Shown: piece after piece, positions 40,524-58,184 of the stretch | Numbering within the stretch: the stretch's first letter is position 1 | Layout of the letters: the number at the start of each line of letters is the position of its first letter | Source: Eledone cirrhosa | Lineage: Eukaryota | Direction of reading: 5' to 3' | Assembly: GCA_964016885.1 (NCBI GenBank) | Contig: OZ024741.1 | Coordinates: 326,182,001-326,246,000, forward strand | Length of the DNA: 64,000 nt | The notes under the pieces: model-generated | Databases searched by the model: none | Told to the model about the DNA's origin: nothing | The model's input: the letters and a program-made list of their open reading frames with translations, nothing else | Program-made: the position numbers and the translations under genes

Positions 40524-41977
40524 TAATAAATTTTATTCGTCGCACCACTGATTCTCCGTTTTTTATGTGATATTATACTCTGTTCTGTAAGAACATCGAG
40601 TGCTCAAACGGTCGATCGCTTATGCATCCCACACCAATTATATATATATATATTTTTTTTTTGAGTTAAAATACATATAAATATGTGTCTGTGTGTATCG
40701 GACACACGTACACATAAAGAAACTGCTGACCTAAATGTACCTGCCATGCCTGTCTGAATTCCTAAGAGAATTTTCGGTCAGTTACTATCTTGACCGATTG
40801 CCCTCACAATTACTACGTAGCAGTACTTGCACGTGACTGCTGGACCCGGATGAAACGAGGACGAAGAATTTCCTTGCGTACCGTTTTGTACCACAGATGC
40901 GATCTCACTCTGCCTCGTTAATGTTCAATCGACACCAAAGTTCTACGTTCGGGGCAATAGAATTGAATCCAACCACCGATAACATAGTTGGATGACCGAT
41001 AATCACACCAAACCGGAGTACTGTGATCCTTGTGATTTAGAGATATACAACCACTGACACTGTTACGAAGACCAGAAAACCATACTCCATAATATTGAAC
41101 CAAGTGATTGATTTGTGCGACCAAAATAACACCACACACATATTGAACTAGGAATATTGGATCCTCCGTCAATGTCTGGGTGAGCAAAAATAGATTTCTA
41201 TCTGCATTGGAATTTACGAACTTGTGCATCTGCTGTGGTGTCAAAAACAAACGCACATGACCGCACAGATGAACAATGAACCTACAAGTGAATTGAAGGA
41301 TGTGTAACTCTGATATACAGATTATTTATTATTAAGATGTATAAACTTGACAACTATTATCATCTTATATTCTCTCAACTAATCACATTTGATTATATTT
41401 CTCTATCCCGTTTTCTCCCCCCATATTTATAATATTTTTATTTGAAACAATCGGTTTTTTTTACATTGTGTTTTTCCCTTTCTAATACTTGCTTATATTT
41501 CTTTATATATTCTCTATATATTTTTTTATATATATATTTTTTATCTTTATTCTTATTTTCACTTTTATCCTCCTTTATATTTTACCTTATTCTTACTTTT
41601 ATACCTTCTTATAGTGTAATCTTCCCCATGCCTTATTATACATTATTAATTATAGATTATTATTATTACTCTTTTTCCATTTCTAATTACCTCATGTACT
41701 TTCTCCTCCGTTATATATATATTGTATGCCCTTTGTGTGTGTGTAGCCTCTGCACACCCTCTGCACCCTACTATCGACGCCACCCCATATATGGCTCAAG
41801 TAACCACTCGACTCCCGGGAATGAATATGACCACAGCCAGTAAACAAGGACCCACCCCCACCCTCCCGCACCAAAATTAGACTTAACGTCCCCTGCTTTT
41901 GCTCTTTACTCTCTTTAATCTTTGTTCTTAAATGTTTGGTTGGTAGAGTCCATAACACCAATCAAACCCCTTTTATA

Positions 41978-42022
41978 GCTCTGGCGAATCCTACGGTTAC
42001 GTAAGGAAGAAACATTGTAAGC
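41978..42022 (+). ncRNA. Degenerate hammerhead (A6G)
   Basis: GCU-CUGGCGA-AUCCUACG GUUA CGUAAGGAA-GAAA-CAUUG-UA-AGC. Confidence 0.55.
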
Positions 42023-42130
42023 CAATAAAAATATTTTGATGTTGTAGACGCTCTTGTGTTCTTTATCATATATATATATATATATATATATAAATATAAA
42101 TATTTATATATAAATATATATATATATATA

Positions 42131-42178
<48 letters not shown>

Positions 42179-42247
42179 ATTCAAGAGTAACCAATCTTAA
42201 AGAGAGAGATGGAGATAGGCGAGGAGATATGAGAGCAGAGATTGGTG

Positions 42248-42397
<150 letters not shown>

Positions 42398-42559
42398 TAT
42401 ATAGTAATAATAATAAATTTGAAGACTAAAATCCAAAGAGGGCTCGATAAGGATAAATATATATCAAATATATAAGAACCGTAGAGCAAATATTTATTAA
42501 AATAACAGATTAAAGTTTAAGCAAAGAATTGCTGCTTTCACCCTTAACGAGATCTTCTG

Positions 42560-42598
<39 letters not shown>

Positions 42599-42694
42599 TT
42601 AATATAGAAGAAATTCTATATTAAAACTATTATACTCTGCTATGTATTGAGTACCTTACCTACTGTGGTTACCTCCGATTCAACCCGGAATAAC

Positions 42695-42741
<47 letters not shown>

Positions 42742-42901
42742 GCGATATTGGGCTGCGCTTTCTAGCAACAAGCGTACCCGCCGTAAGCAACTAATCACAT
42801 TCTTTCTAACTTGACCACTGCCACGTCACGATTCTTAACCATTTTTGAATCTATTTTTGGAGCGATCACTCTGGAAAATTAAATGTCTAATTTGGAGTTC
42901 G

Positions 42902-42974
42902 CTCCTGATGAGTCCGAAACTCTGGACATTTCCTGTATTGGATGTCTTAAAATACGGACGAAACCATGGTAGAG
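42902..42974 (+). ncRNA. Type I hammerhead
   Basis: CUC-CUGAUGA-GUCCG..CGGAC-GAAA-CCAUGG-UA^-GAG. Confidence 0.85.
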
Positions 42975-43256
42975 ATAATTACGGTATGTACACATTTCTT
43001 CTAAGTTTGAATTTACACCTAATTGTGTATGGTTGACGGTATATTTAGTCAGTTTCTACATGCTGTTGAAATGTTGGGTAAATACTCTATCGTGGCCACT
43101 GCAAAGAGACCGCTTTCGGTTATTTGTCGAACATTTCTTCATAGGAGCCTTTATTCTTATAGGATGGTCTAATTGATTTTTTATATGGTTAACTATGCTA
43201 ATTGGGAGAGGAAATAGTATATATTTTATCTGGTTATTCTAAGGACATGATTTATG

Positions 43257-43297
<41 letters not shown>

Positions 43298-43328
43298 GAT
43301 ATAGACACACATATATATATATATATAG

Positions 43329-43393
<65 letters not shown>

Positions 43394-43484
43394 TACATAT
43401 ATATATATATACATATATACATATATACTTATATATATATATATGCATATATACATATATAATATATATACACATATGTATATT

Positions 43485-43569
<85 letters not shown>

Positions 43570-43649
43570 ACATATCTATATATATATACATATACATATA
43601 TATATATATATAAATATATACATATATACATACATACATATATATATAT

Positions 43650-45155
43650 TGGGTTGATTGCCCCCTATCCGGGAAATACCTCTCTAGTAACATTGTCTAC
43701 AAATGTAAGGTTGTAACACCCACGTCCCGTAGGGCCTACATAGGGTTAACCGCCAATAGATTCAAGCAGCGTCTTTACATGCATACCCATTCTTTTCGTT
43801 ACCCTCTTAGAAGGAATATGACGTCACTTTCAGCTTATATCTGGAGTCTAAAAGACAACCACACCCAATATAAGTTACACTGGGAGATCCTAGCGAGGGC
43901 TAGATCGAATAACGGAAATAAAAGACCATGTGACCTCTGCGCCGCTGAGGCCCTGGAAATACTCTACGCCACAGACCACATCTTAAACAAAAAATCTGAG
44001 GCAATTTCGGCTTGTAAACATAAATTGCACAACACTTTCCTGTATTACAGCCCCACGTTATACCCTAACGGATAGTACGATCTATACGTGGAAATTTTAC
44101 GTCTCGATGTGGGAGCTAAGTATATGTTTTGTTTATACCTTTACTTATTTGCATAGGAAAGTATATATTATCCGTATGTTTTGTGAAGGTACGTATACCT
44201 TCTCGTACGTATATTTGATTGTTATGGCGTATAATTTTTTTATATATTCTGGTACATATGGTTCGGCTATGTGTATACGGGAGTTTTGCGTATGTGTGAG
44301 TATGCAGGTTCGTACGTATGTAGGGCGTGTGTATATGTGTACTTCATGTTTTGCTTGAGTTACGTCTCCGAACATTCGTGTATTTACATGTAGGTATGTG
44401 TGTGCGCTTGTTATATACGTATATATTTATTTATATACGTTTATATAATTATTTATTTATTTGTATACACGCTTACACACACACACATATTTATATGGGC
44501 GTGGTTTTGTTTACCCATGGTAAGTTTTTGCGTATGCTTGTGTATGTACGCTTTTGTTTGCGTGTATGTATTTATTTATTTCTATTACTTCTGTATTGTA
44601 TTTATTCACTTTGTTCTTAACTCCGTAGCGGAGATTCATTCGGTCTCCTAGTTAGAATTTAGTCTACGACTTCTGCTATACCATTTACGTGGTTTTGTCT
44701 TTGCGTGCTATTGTTCTCCCCGCTCCACATATGACGTATTATCTTCGTTTTTTTCGTTCATTGCCAGAGAACGTCTCTATGCACCACATAAGAGAACATT
44801 AGTCTACGATCTCTTTTATACCATAAACGTGGTTCTGTCTTTGCGCGTAATTGTTTTTCACCGCTCCTATTAATGACGTATTATATTCATTTTTTCCAGT
44901 TCTTAGCCACCGAACGTTTCCACGAACCAAAGTATCGTCTTCCTGCCTTCCTTCGGTTGCAACATTTTTTTAAATATCCAGTTCCACGTTTACAGATTGA
45001 CTTCGTTAGTTTCAGAAGATCCCGTTAAGGGTGAAAGCAGCGATTCTTTGCTTAAACTTTAATCTGTTATTTTAATAAATATTTGCTCTACGGTTCTTAT
45101 ATATTTGATATATATTTATCCTTATCGAGCCCTCTTTGGATTTTAGTCTTCAAAT
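43650..45155 (+). mobile_element. Naiad-type PLE 3' fragment: GIY-YIG, 3' UTR with a roughly 140-bp tandem duplication (44659-44930), pLTR with hammerhead 45008-45058 (U4A)
   Basis: CPLSGK..NIVYKC..YIGLTANRFKQRLYMH..CDLC..CKH, stop at 44075. AGUUU-CAGAAGA-UCCC..GGGU-GAAA-GCA..UGC-UU-AAACU. Confidence 0.85.
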
Positions 45156-45192
45156 TAATTATTATTACTATTATTATTATTGTTATTGTTAT

Positions 45193-48107
<2,915 letters not shown>

Positions 48108-48502
48108 TGTGTGTGCGTATGTTATATATGGTATTATCTATGAGGATACAATGCTGGTGATATAAATTGGATATTAGAAACAGCTGTGGAAGATATATTA
48201 TATTTTCTATATCAACTTCTTTAGTATGATAATAAGGGAGGAAACGGAGTTAATGGAAAAAAGATATGCTGAGATTTTATGCACCACACACCATTAACGT
48301 GTCACTCAGAATTTAATACGACTCGTGACAAGACCATTGCGACGTGTATTCTCCGTGTCTAAATATGTATGTATGTGCATGTATGGATGCTTGTATTTAT
48401 GTATATATATACGTCGTTCCCCATCCCCCACTCTCAAGAGTCTGAACCTAATAAACCTTTATTTATCTTCCTCTCTGTTTTTTTTCCCGTCCAATTTTTC
48501 AC

Positions 48503-48553
<51 letters not shown>

Positions 48554-48604
48554 GTGTGTTTGTGTGTATACATATATAATATACATGTACATGCATATAT
48601 ATGT

Positions 48605-48714
<110 letters not shown>

Positions 48715-48904
48715 GCATATATACAATCGCACATTCATAGATACGCACAGCATACGTGCATGCTATCATATAATGCGGAAATGATTAATTTCCTATTCGT
48801 TATACCGGTGATTTAGAGACACAAACCCGTACGCCCGATAGACTACCTCTAGTTAGAAGCTAGCAACTGAGCTTTATGATGTTACTTCACATGACCTGAT
48901 AGAA

Positions 48905-49172
48905 ATAATTGTTTCTACTTTTGGCACAAGGCCAACAATTATTCCAGTGCATGATTGGTACTTTATTTTACTGACCCCGTAAGGATGAAAGGCAAAGTTA
49001 ACCTCGGCGGGATTTGAACTCAGAATGGCAAGGGCCGTAACTCTATCCGTCAAAGCATGGCATCCGACCCTCTACCGATACTGCCAATCCATATAGAAAT
49101 AATTGTTTCTACTTTAGACACAAGGTCAGCAATTACCCAGTACATTACTGGTACTTTATTTTATCGACCTCG
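48905..49172 (-). mobile_element. tRNA-derived SINE plus a partial tandem copy
   Basis: Same family as 15355-15543. Confidence 0.8.
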
Positions 49173-49599
49173 TATATAAATAATGCTCACACGTCACTTA
49201 CATTCCTCGCTGTCCTATTTATATGTGAAGGACACATTAGACAATGTATTGCATCTAACTACAACCCAAATGGTTTCTCTTTGGCTCTGAAGTCAGAATA
49301 AATGGTGTTTAGAGATTTACTGAAATTACTGATTGCCTGTTTGATTGGTCTTCTAGTCAGGTGACCAAACCATTTGATACGGCGATCAATATATGAATGT
49401 TAATTGTTAAAGAATGGCATCTTATCGAAGGTATGTTTTATATTTTTATTGCCATGAGGTATGAATTAAAAGCTCAGCCAATAAATATTTTAACTATTTT
49501 GATACAAAATCATCATAAATCTTCCTCGGATCAAGAATACGAAACACCATCATAATTTTTTGTGGTAACAACTTTTATGTTGGAAATATCTGACTGATA

Positions 49600-50140
49600 A
49601 TTTTTTCTAACATTAACACAGACACAGCGATTTGGAAAATGGTAACGTCGATTATATTCACATCAGAAGGAAAACAGATAAAGTTGGCGTCAGTGGGTAT
49701 TTGAACTCGATCAAACCGAACACAGTGCCTTATTAGTACTTTAAAATAAAGTACCAGTAATGCACTGGATAACTGCTGGCCTTGTGCCAAAAAGTAGAAA
49801 CAGTTATTAGTACTTTATCCACGGTGGGATTTCAACTCAGAATATAAAGGGCTGTAACTATATGCCTCAAAGTATGTTGTCCGATGCTCTACCGGTACTT
49901 CCTATCCACAACTCTAATATCAGTTAAATAATGATTTCTAGTATATGCACAAGGCCAGTAATTTGGGAGGCGGGGAAAGTCGATTAAATCGACCCCAGTG
50001 CGTTACTGGTACTTTATTTTATCGACCCGTAAGGATGAAAGACAAAGTTAACATCGGCGGGATTTGAACTCAGAACGCGAAGAGACGTAATTATGCCGCG
50101 AAGCAAGGTGTCCGACGCTCTACCGATTCTCCCAATCCAT
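49600..50140. mobile_element. Cluster of SINE copies and fragments in both orientations
   Basis: Repeated GATTTGAACTCAGA / AAAGTACCAGTAATGCACTGG / GCACAAGGCCAG motifs. Confidence 0.75.
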
Positions 50141-50299
50141 AATAATGGTAAATAAAGTTGCATTACTAAATCTCTCCGAATTGTTAATTATTTTCAAAAT
50201 TATTTGAAAATTATAGAAAGTGTTTTATCATAAATATTTTTATGAAGCGTTCACAAAATTCTATCACTCCCATGATGCTTAACGTTCATTGCTAAGAAC

Positions 50300-51515
50300 G
50301 TGACCAATACGCCATTTGTATGACCATTCTGATTCTGATTCTGAAGATGGAGCCGTGACGACTTGGATACTATTATAAACATATGTTCTGATAATGGAGA
50401 ACACGTGCTATTGCAAAGAATCTGGCAATTCATAGAAAATATAGAATTCATAGAATATTGAGAAAATTCATCACTAGAACAGCCGTTAAAATAGCCAAAT
50501 ACTGCCAATGACAGCAATGGACAAAAATATCTCAGAAGACAGAGACCAGTGGTCAGTGGTCAGCAGAGAGACAATCCACGAGGTGGGTGCATCGCAAATA
50601 TATGGCCCGTAGCAAACAAGCTGATGTTGACCAAAAGCACACCCATCAGTGGCTACGTAGCACAGGGCTAAAAGCTTCTACTTTGCTTCCCAAGATCAAA
50701 GATTACTGACACGGAATTACCAGGCCAATGTGATGAGAAATGGAGTAAATCCAAAGTGCCAAGTGTGCAATGCTGACGTTGAAACAATGGACTACCTAGT
50801 TTCTGGATGTAAAGTTTTAGTCCCAGTAGAGTGCAAATATAGACATGACAGAGTTGGCCAATATCTACACTGGGTAATATGTCGGCATTGTAAAATCAAA
50901 ACTGCTGACAAGTGGTACAATCATCACCCTGAGGATGTAACTGAAGGAGAAAAAGTAACAATTCTCTGGGACTTTCCTATACATATTGACCAGGCCATAA
51001 AAGCTAATAGACCACAAATCATTGTAAAAGACCAACATAACAAGGTCTGTTTATTGATTGATACTGTTTATCACATCCCATGTGATCACAATATAGCGGC
51101 AAAAGAATTCGACAAGGTAGGAAAATATAAAGATCTGCTTATTGAAATCGAAAAATGTGGCACCTCAAGACCGTTACAATACCATTGATTGTGGAAGCAC
51201 TGGGAATGATCAAGAAAGGAACAGAACAGTATTTGCAAATGATTCCTGGTTTATCCTCTCTGCAAGAGGTACAAAAAATTATGTTGACTTGTACTGCACA
51301 CGTATTGAGAAGAGCACTATCTCTATGAGAATGATATCCACCCCCTTGTGTGTGTAAGAGAGTAGAGCACTCTCTATGTAAGAATGATATCCCTCTGTAA
51401 GAATGATAAGCTGTAAATTATATTCAATGTGGTGTGTGAACTGGCGTACCAATATATACAGTGACTGTATTTGCCCTAGGTGTCAGGAAGATACTCGGCA
51501 TATAGGAAAAAGAAA
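50300..51515 (+). mobile_element. Divergent R4/Dong-like 3' fragment
   Basis: CQVC..ETMDYLVSGC..RHDRVG..LWDF..ANRPQII..KYKDL (50730-51188). Confidence 0.8.
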
Positions 51516-51574
51516 AACAATAAAAAAAAATAATAATGGCAATAATAATAATTATGATGATGATGATGATGATG

Positions 51575-52285
51575 ACCATTTTGAGACCATTGATCACATG
51601 GTTTAAGGCTGCAACGTAATAGATCCCAAGTAATATAAAACGAGGCATGATAGAGTGGGGAAAAACTTATACTGGGTAGGATGCAGGTTTCATGGTCTGA
51701 AAACGGAGGGAAAATGGTACAACCATTACCCAGATGCAGTAACAGGAGGCGAGAACGTAACAATCCTCTGGGATTTCCCTGTGAATACTGACAGAACAAT
51801 CAAGGCCAACAGACCTGATATAATTGTGAAGGAACATACAGAGAGAACATGTTTCTTAATTGATATGAGCATTCCATCAGATCGGAACATCTCCCAGAAA
51901 GAGTTCGGAAAGTTCAGTAAGTATGCAGATATATCAATTAAAATTGAGAAAATGCGGCATCTTAAGGCCAGTAACATACAAGTGATAGTCGGTGCATTGC
52001 ATTTGGAATGATAAAAAAGGGTACTGAAAATTATTTGGACCGGATACCTGGAAAGTTATATCTGTAAGAGATAGAGAAAGTAGTGCTGACTGTCACTGTC
52101 TTTGTCCTGAGAAGGGCATTATCAATTAAAAAACCTTGGAAAGACATTTACTGTTGTTTGTTCTCTTGTGGCATCATTTGTATGACAATTGATTGTAAAA
52201 TGTTTGCATTATGAAATTTTGTCTCGGGTGTGAGATTAACGATCGCCATGATATGGGACAGAAACAGAATACAAAGGAAGTTTCA
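51575..52285 (+). mobile_element. Divergent R4/Dong-like 3' fragment
   Basis: ETIDHMV..RHDRVG..LWDFPVNTDRTIKANRPDII (51655-52011). Confidence 0.8.
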
Positions 52286-52314
52286 AATAATAATAATAAT
52301 AATAATAATAATAA

Positions 52315-53377
52315 TCTACAACATGTTCCACAAGAGGAGTGATGTCGATAGACTCTACTTAAGGAGATCTGAAGGTGGAAGAGGTCTTATCAGCATAGAG
52401 GACTGTATTCAGATGGAGAAAAATAACCTACACAAATACGTGACTGATAGTAAGGAGCCAATGCTCAGAACTGTACTGAAGGAGATGACAATAGACCAGG
52501 GGATGTCCAAGGAGGAAATAACAACAAGGAGAAAGAGCAGCCTTCATGAAAAATCCTTTCATAGTACCTTCTTTGAGAAAACTGAATTCAGAGATCCACA
52601 GACATGGAACTGGTTGAAAAGATGAGACCTTAAAAAGGCTTCAGAAGGAATGATAATGGCTGCGCAAGAGCAGGCCCTCAAAACGAAGTGGTTGAAACAC
52701 CATATTTACAAGGAGGAGGCTAGCCCACTGTGCAGGATCTGTGGAGAGAGAGAGGAGACTGCGGCTCACATTGTATCCGAGTGTAAACCTAGCCCAGACT
52801 CACTATAAGGGCTGGAGACATGATGTGATGGGCAGGGTGATCCACTGGCACCTATGCAAATTAAACAATTTACCACATTCTGAGAAGTGCTATGAGCATA
52901 AGCCAGAGTCGGTGATAGAAAACGATCAGGTGAAGGTGCTGTGGGATTTTAGGATACAGACGGACAAGAAACTGGAACACAATAGACCTGACCTGGTGGT
53001 TTTGGACAAAGAAAAAAGATCGTGCCTGATTGTGGGTGTGGCCTGCCCATTCGACACGAGAGTGCAAGAGAAGGAAAGGGAGAAAATTAACCGATACCAG
53101 GACTTAAAGTGGGAGGTAAAAAGGATTTGGAACTGCCATGAAGTCAAAGTGGTCCCGATTGTCATAGGCGCACTAGGGACTATCTCAAAAAGTTTCCAGG
53201 GATGGTTAAAGAGAATTGGCCCGCGACGCTTTTTGGAACGCTTCAAAAGGCATGCTTGCTGGGAACAGGAAGAACCCTCCGATACGTCCTGAATATCTGA
53301 GGCTGCAGGTAGTGGCTTGATATTCATTTCAACAAACTTTCCAGTTAAATAAGATCAATGACTGAGACTCAAAGAAC
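52315..53377 (+). mobile_element. R4/Dong-like 3' fragment, same family as 45193-47886
   Basis: Near-identical protein. (AAT)n at both ends. Confidence 0.9.
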
Positions 53378-53389
53378 AATAATAATAAT

Positions 53390-53572
53390 AATAATTGTTG
53401 CTACTTTTGGCACAAGGCCAGCAACATTACTGGTACTTTATTTTAACGACCCCGTAAGGTTGAAAGGCAAAGTTAACCTTAGAGGGATTTGAACTCAGTC
53501 CGTAAAGGGACGTAACTCTATAAAGGAAGGCATGGCGTCCAAGGCCAGCAAATACCCCAGTGCATTACTGGT
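53390..53572 (-). mobile_element. tRNA-derived SINE (rearranged)
   Basis: Same family core. Confidence 0.75.
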
Positions 53573-53599
53573 GTTTTTTATTTGTGTTCGTAATAGTTA

Positions 53600-55110
53600 A
53601 AATCTACATAAGATTGGGTCTTGTATTCTAAATCTAGTCATTAGTTTTCTTGTCATTTTTTTGTTCAGTCATGCTATTTCTTTTAGTCACCAGTTCAGAA
53701 TTTAAAATTGCAGATTATCACTGTGATGCTTATATTATTCATTGCCTTTAGTTCTATCTTAATTAGTAATCTGATTTGTATATAGTATTCCTTTCTATTT
53801 TTTTTTATTCATTTATGTTTGTTGAAAACTGTCTAGTTCATTGATTACTAATATTTGTATGCCTGTTTATGATCTAATTCTCTTATGTCAGTTTCTTTAT
53901 CTAATTAGATTATAAAGTTTTTCACTAGATCTCCTCTTCACTAGATCTCAATTTTGATAAAAGTTTATGTCTATTTCTTTTGTGAATCTATGTACGTATG
54001 AAGCAATGCGTCAAATTGTCTCTCATCTGCAATGTACAGAATTAGATCGTTCATATACAAAAGATGTTGAAATTTCTTGTCGTAATATTTATAATCAAGT
54101 CCAATCGTGTTTATAATCATAGATAATGGTGTAAATGCTCGACAGAAAAAGGTGATGAAAATGAGTCCCCTGAATTATCTCTCTATTAATTGGGAATTAT
54201 AAATCCATTATTCATTGTATCTGCAGAACACTTTGCCATTTATCCAGGGTGTATTTAATGAGTGATTATATTGTTGGCTAATGTGTTCAGTGTTCACGTA
54301 TGGGGAACACCGTTAAAAGACTTCATTAATCAACCTATGCTATACAGAGATCTTTTTTCTTTACCCTGCAGATTTCTGTTATGGTCTTGTTCATTAATAA
54401 TTCATCTTTACTGGTATATACTTTACTGGTATATGCCCTTACAGCATCCTTTCTGCTCCTCTCCTTTGGAAACAGGTTGATTTTTTTCTTCTAAGTTGTT
54501 AATATGTTTCTGCAGTTTTATCGCAGTAAAGAACTTGTAGGTTATGGGAAGGCGTGTTTTGGGTCTGTAGTTTTATGAGTTTGCTATGTTATCATTCTTA
54601 AAAATTAGGATGGTTGGCCCCTTCCTAGGCGTCATAGCTGGAACCGTTAACATCAATGAAATGTTTGCAAGTACACCAAGTGTCCCGTGAAATATTTCAA
54701 CCAGAAGTTCAGGATTTTGTCATCTCCCTTGTCATACAGTTAATTGCTTTTATCAGTGTGTAAGAAACTTCTTCTGATCCAAAGTCCCCCCATAGTTGTT
54801 CCAAGGCTGTGTTTGTTGTTCCTACCATACCTGTATGTTGCCATTCTTCAGCTCGTCCCAATTCTCCCAGAATTCTTCCACTTTTACCTTTGGGAAACAT
54901 TTACCTTTATTTTGCTATTAATATAGCTCGTAGGAGAATGGTTTGGGGCTTGGAGTAAAATTAGGGCTTCTGTTCAATGAACTGCTGTCGTTTTTCATAT
55001 CTCAGGATTCTTTGAACACTTCTAGGTATTTTTGATTTCAAGTAATCCTTACTTTCAGTGATTCTGATGTCTGTTAAGTTATGTTGTGTAAATATTATTT
55101 TATCCCGTTT
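53600..55110 (-). pseudogene. Highly degenerate R4-like RT remnant
   Basis: Minus-strand NYRPKTRLPITYKFFTA (about 54520-54572) and EQKGC (about 54444-54458). Boundaries are approximate. Confidence 0.55.
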
Positions 55111-55154
55111 TTCTAGTTTCTTCTTCTTTTGCTTTTTCTTCTCCTTCTTCTTCT

Positions 55155-55207
<53 letters not shown>

Positions 55208-55210
<3 letters not shown>

Positions 55211-55345
55211 ATAATAATCATAATAATGATTTCATTTATTAGCCACAAGGGCCGACATGTAGGGGACAATACAAAGACAGGGACAGTGGGGGTTTACAAT
55301 AAGGTCGAGTAAAAGTGCACAATGGCAAGACTAATTTAACAATGA
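55208..55345 (-). mobile_element. 3' end of a Tx1-like LINE related to 27775-27900
   Basis: TTTATTAGCCACAAGGG..GGACA matches TTTATTAACCACAAGGG..GGACA; adjacent to AAT repeats. Confidence 0.6.
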
Positions 55346-55348
55346 AAA

Positions 55349-56702
55349 TATTATGCGAAAAGTGAGAGCAGGATACAGGTTGGGAAGGGGGGGCTTACCA
55401 TCAATCACCTCCTCTTCATGGACGATCTTAAGCTCTTCGGGAAGAGTGAGAAGGAGTTGGATGTGCTTGTTGACACTGTCCGTATTTTCAGCAATGATAT
55501 ACATATGCAATTTGGTATTAGTAAGTGTGGAATCATTGTGATGAGGAGGCGTAAGTTGAGCAGAAGTAACGGAATCCAGGTACCAACGGGTGAGATGATA
55601 AAGGAAATTGACTCTGAAGAAGGATACAAGTATTTGGGTGTTCTGGAGGCTGATGACATCAAGTACAAACAAATGAAGGAATTGATAAGAACTGAATATA
55701 TTCGGAGAGTAAGGAGCGTATTAAAGTCACATCTGAACAGTGGGAATGCTATAAGTGCAGTAAATTCCCGAGCTGTGTCTATTATTAGGTACAGTGCGGG
55801 AATTCTGAGATGGAATGTTGCTGAACAAAAAGAAATGGATAGGAAGACTAGGAAGCTATTGACTATCTACAATATGTTCCACAAGAGGAGTGATGTCGAT
55901 AGACTCTACTTAAGGAGATCTGAAAGTTGAAGAGGTCTTATCAGCATAGAGGACTGTGTTCAGAAGGGGAAAAATAACCTACACAAATACGTGACTGATA
56001 GTAAGGAGCCAATGCTCAGAACTGTACTGAAGGAGAGGACAATAGACCAGGGGATGTCCAAGGAGGAAATAACAACAAGGAGAAAGAGCAGCCTTCATGA
56101 AAAATCCTTTCATAGTAGCTTCTTTGAGAAAACTGAATTCAGAGATCCACAGACATGGAACTGGTTGAAAAGATGAGACCTTAAAAAGGCTACAGAAGGA
56201 ATGTTAATGGCTGCGCAGGAGCAGGCTCTCAAAACGAAGTGGTTGAAACACCATATTTACAAGGAGGAGGCTAGCCCACTGTGCAGGATCTGTGGAGAGA
56301 GAGAAGAGACTGTGGCTCACATTGTATCCGAGTGTAAACACCTAGCCCAGACTCACTATAAGGTCTGGAGACATGATGTGATGGGCAGGGTGATCCACTG
56401 GCACCTATGCAAAGTAAACAATTTACCACATTCTGAGAAGTGCTATGAGCATAAGCCAGAGTAAGTGATAGAAAACGATCAGGTGAAGGTGCTGTGGGAT
56501 TTTGGGATACAGACGGACAAGAAACTGGAACACAATAGACCTGACCTGGTGGTTGTGGACAAAGAAAAAAGATCGTGCCTGATTGTGGATGTGGCCAGCC
56601 CATTCGACACGAGAGTGCAAGAGAAGGAAAGGGAGAAAATGGCTTGATATTCATTTCAACAAACTTTCCAGTTAGATAACATCAATGACTGAGTCTCAAA
56701 GA

Positions 56703-56703
<1 letters not shown>
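55349..56703 (+). mobile_element. R4/Dong-like 3' fragment with a deletion of about 220 bp at 56640/56641
   Basis: [19 protein letters not shown], then a jump to the 3' UTR; (AAT)n tail. Confidence 0.9.
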
Positions 56704-56744
<41 letters not shown>

Positions 56745-56899
56745 TATAGATATTATAGCTAGTGGTTATCTTTTACTCTTATCGTGACAAGCTATTTAGT
56801 TATTTTCATCATCCATATCTTATTCTGATACATGAAAACAGAATTATATATACATTATATGTACACACACACACTTACACCCACAGATGTATACACATA

Positions 56900-56957
56900 T
56901 ATATGCATTATATATATACATATATACATATATATATATACATTATATATACTTAGT

Positions 56958-57051
<94 letters not shown>

Positions 57052-57221
57052 ATATATTATATTATATATATATATATATATATATAATATAATATATATA
57101 TATACATATAATATATATATATATAATATAATATATATATAATATAATATATATATATATAATATAATATATATATATAATATAATATATACACACATAT
57201 ATATATACACAATATATATAC

Positions 57222-57269
<48 letters not shown>

Positions 57270-57325
57270 CACACAATATATATATGTATATATATATATA
57301 CACAATATATATATATATATATATT
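56900..57325. repeat. Long degenerate (TA)n tract
   Basis: Direct reading. Confidence 0.95.
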
Positions 57326-57865
57326 TACATCTCCGTAGGCGGAACGTGAAAAAAATGCATAATGATAAACAAATATAACATAAACATAATGTAGCAATGA
57401 AGAGACAAGAATACAAGATCAACAACAACAATGAAACAAATAACAAATAAATAATATTCATTTTTTTTTTCAAAATTAGATTATAAATGTTTTCGAATAA
57501 CATAAGCCAAAAGGATGAAAAATAGTAATATTAAATTTGGAAATTTCTCTAGTTAAAATTGTATATCTGTGAGAGGAATAGAAGATGCATGATTTTAATT
57601 ATTTTCGACTTTGTATTCTATGTTACATTTTCTTTTTAGAAAAAATACAATTCTCTGTTCCATGCAGAAAACCTTAAACTCATATCACAGAAGTCATTCA
57701 AATAAATTTAGTTTTTCGTGTTTAGAAAAAAAAAAATATATATTGAGGAAAACGGATACAGAAAAGAAGAGTAAAAAAACAAAAAAGTAAATACAAAATA
57801 CAAATAAAAGAAATGAAGATACACTCATACACACACACACACACACACATGATTGTATAGCACTA

Positions 57866-57983
<118 letters not shown>

Positions 57984-58090
57984 TATAGAACTATATATAT
58001 GTCTCTCTCTCTCTTTCTCTCCCTCTCGTATTGTATACATGCATTCACACACACACAAACACACATATATGTGTGTGTGTGTGCACACAC

Positions 58091-58184
<94 letters not shown>

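Noticed and set aside
40918-41256. 112-aa ORF as a possible host exon or transposase
   Set aside because: No recognisable motif and no convincing splice context.
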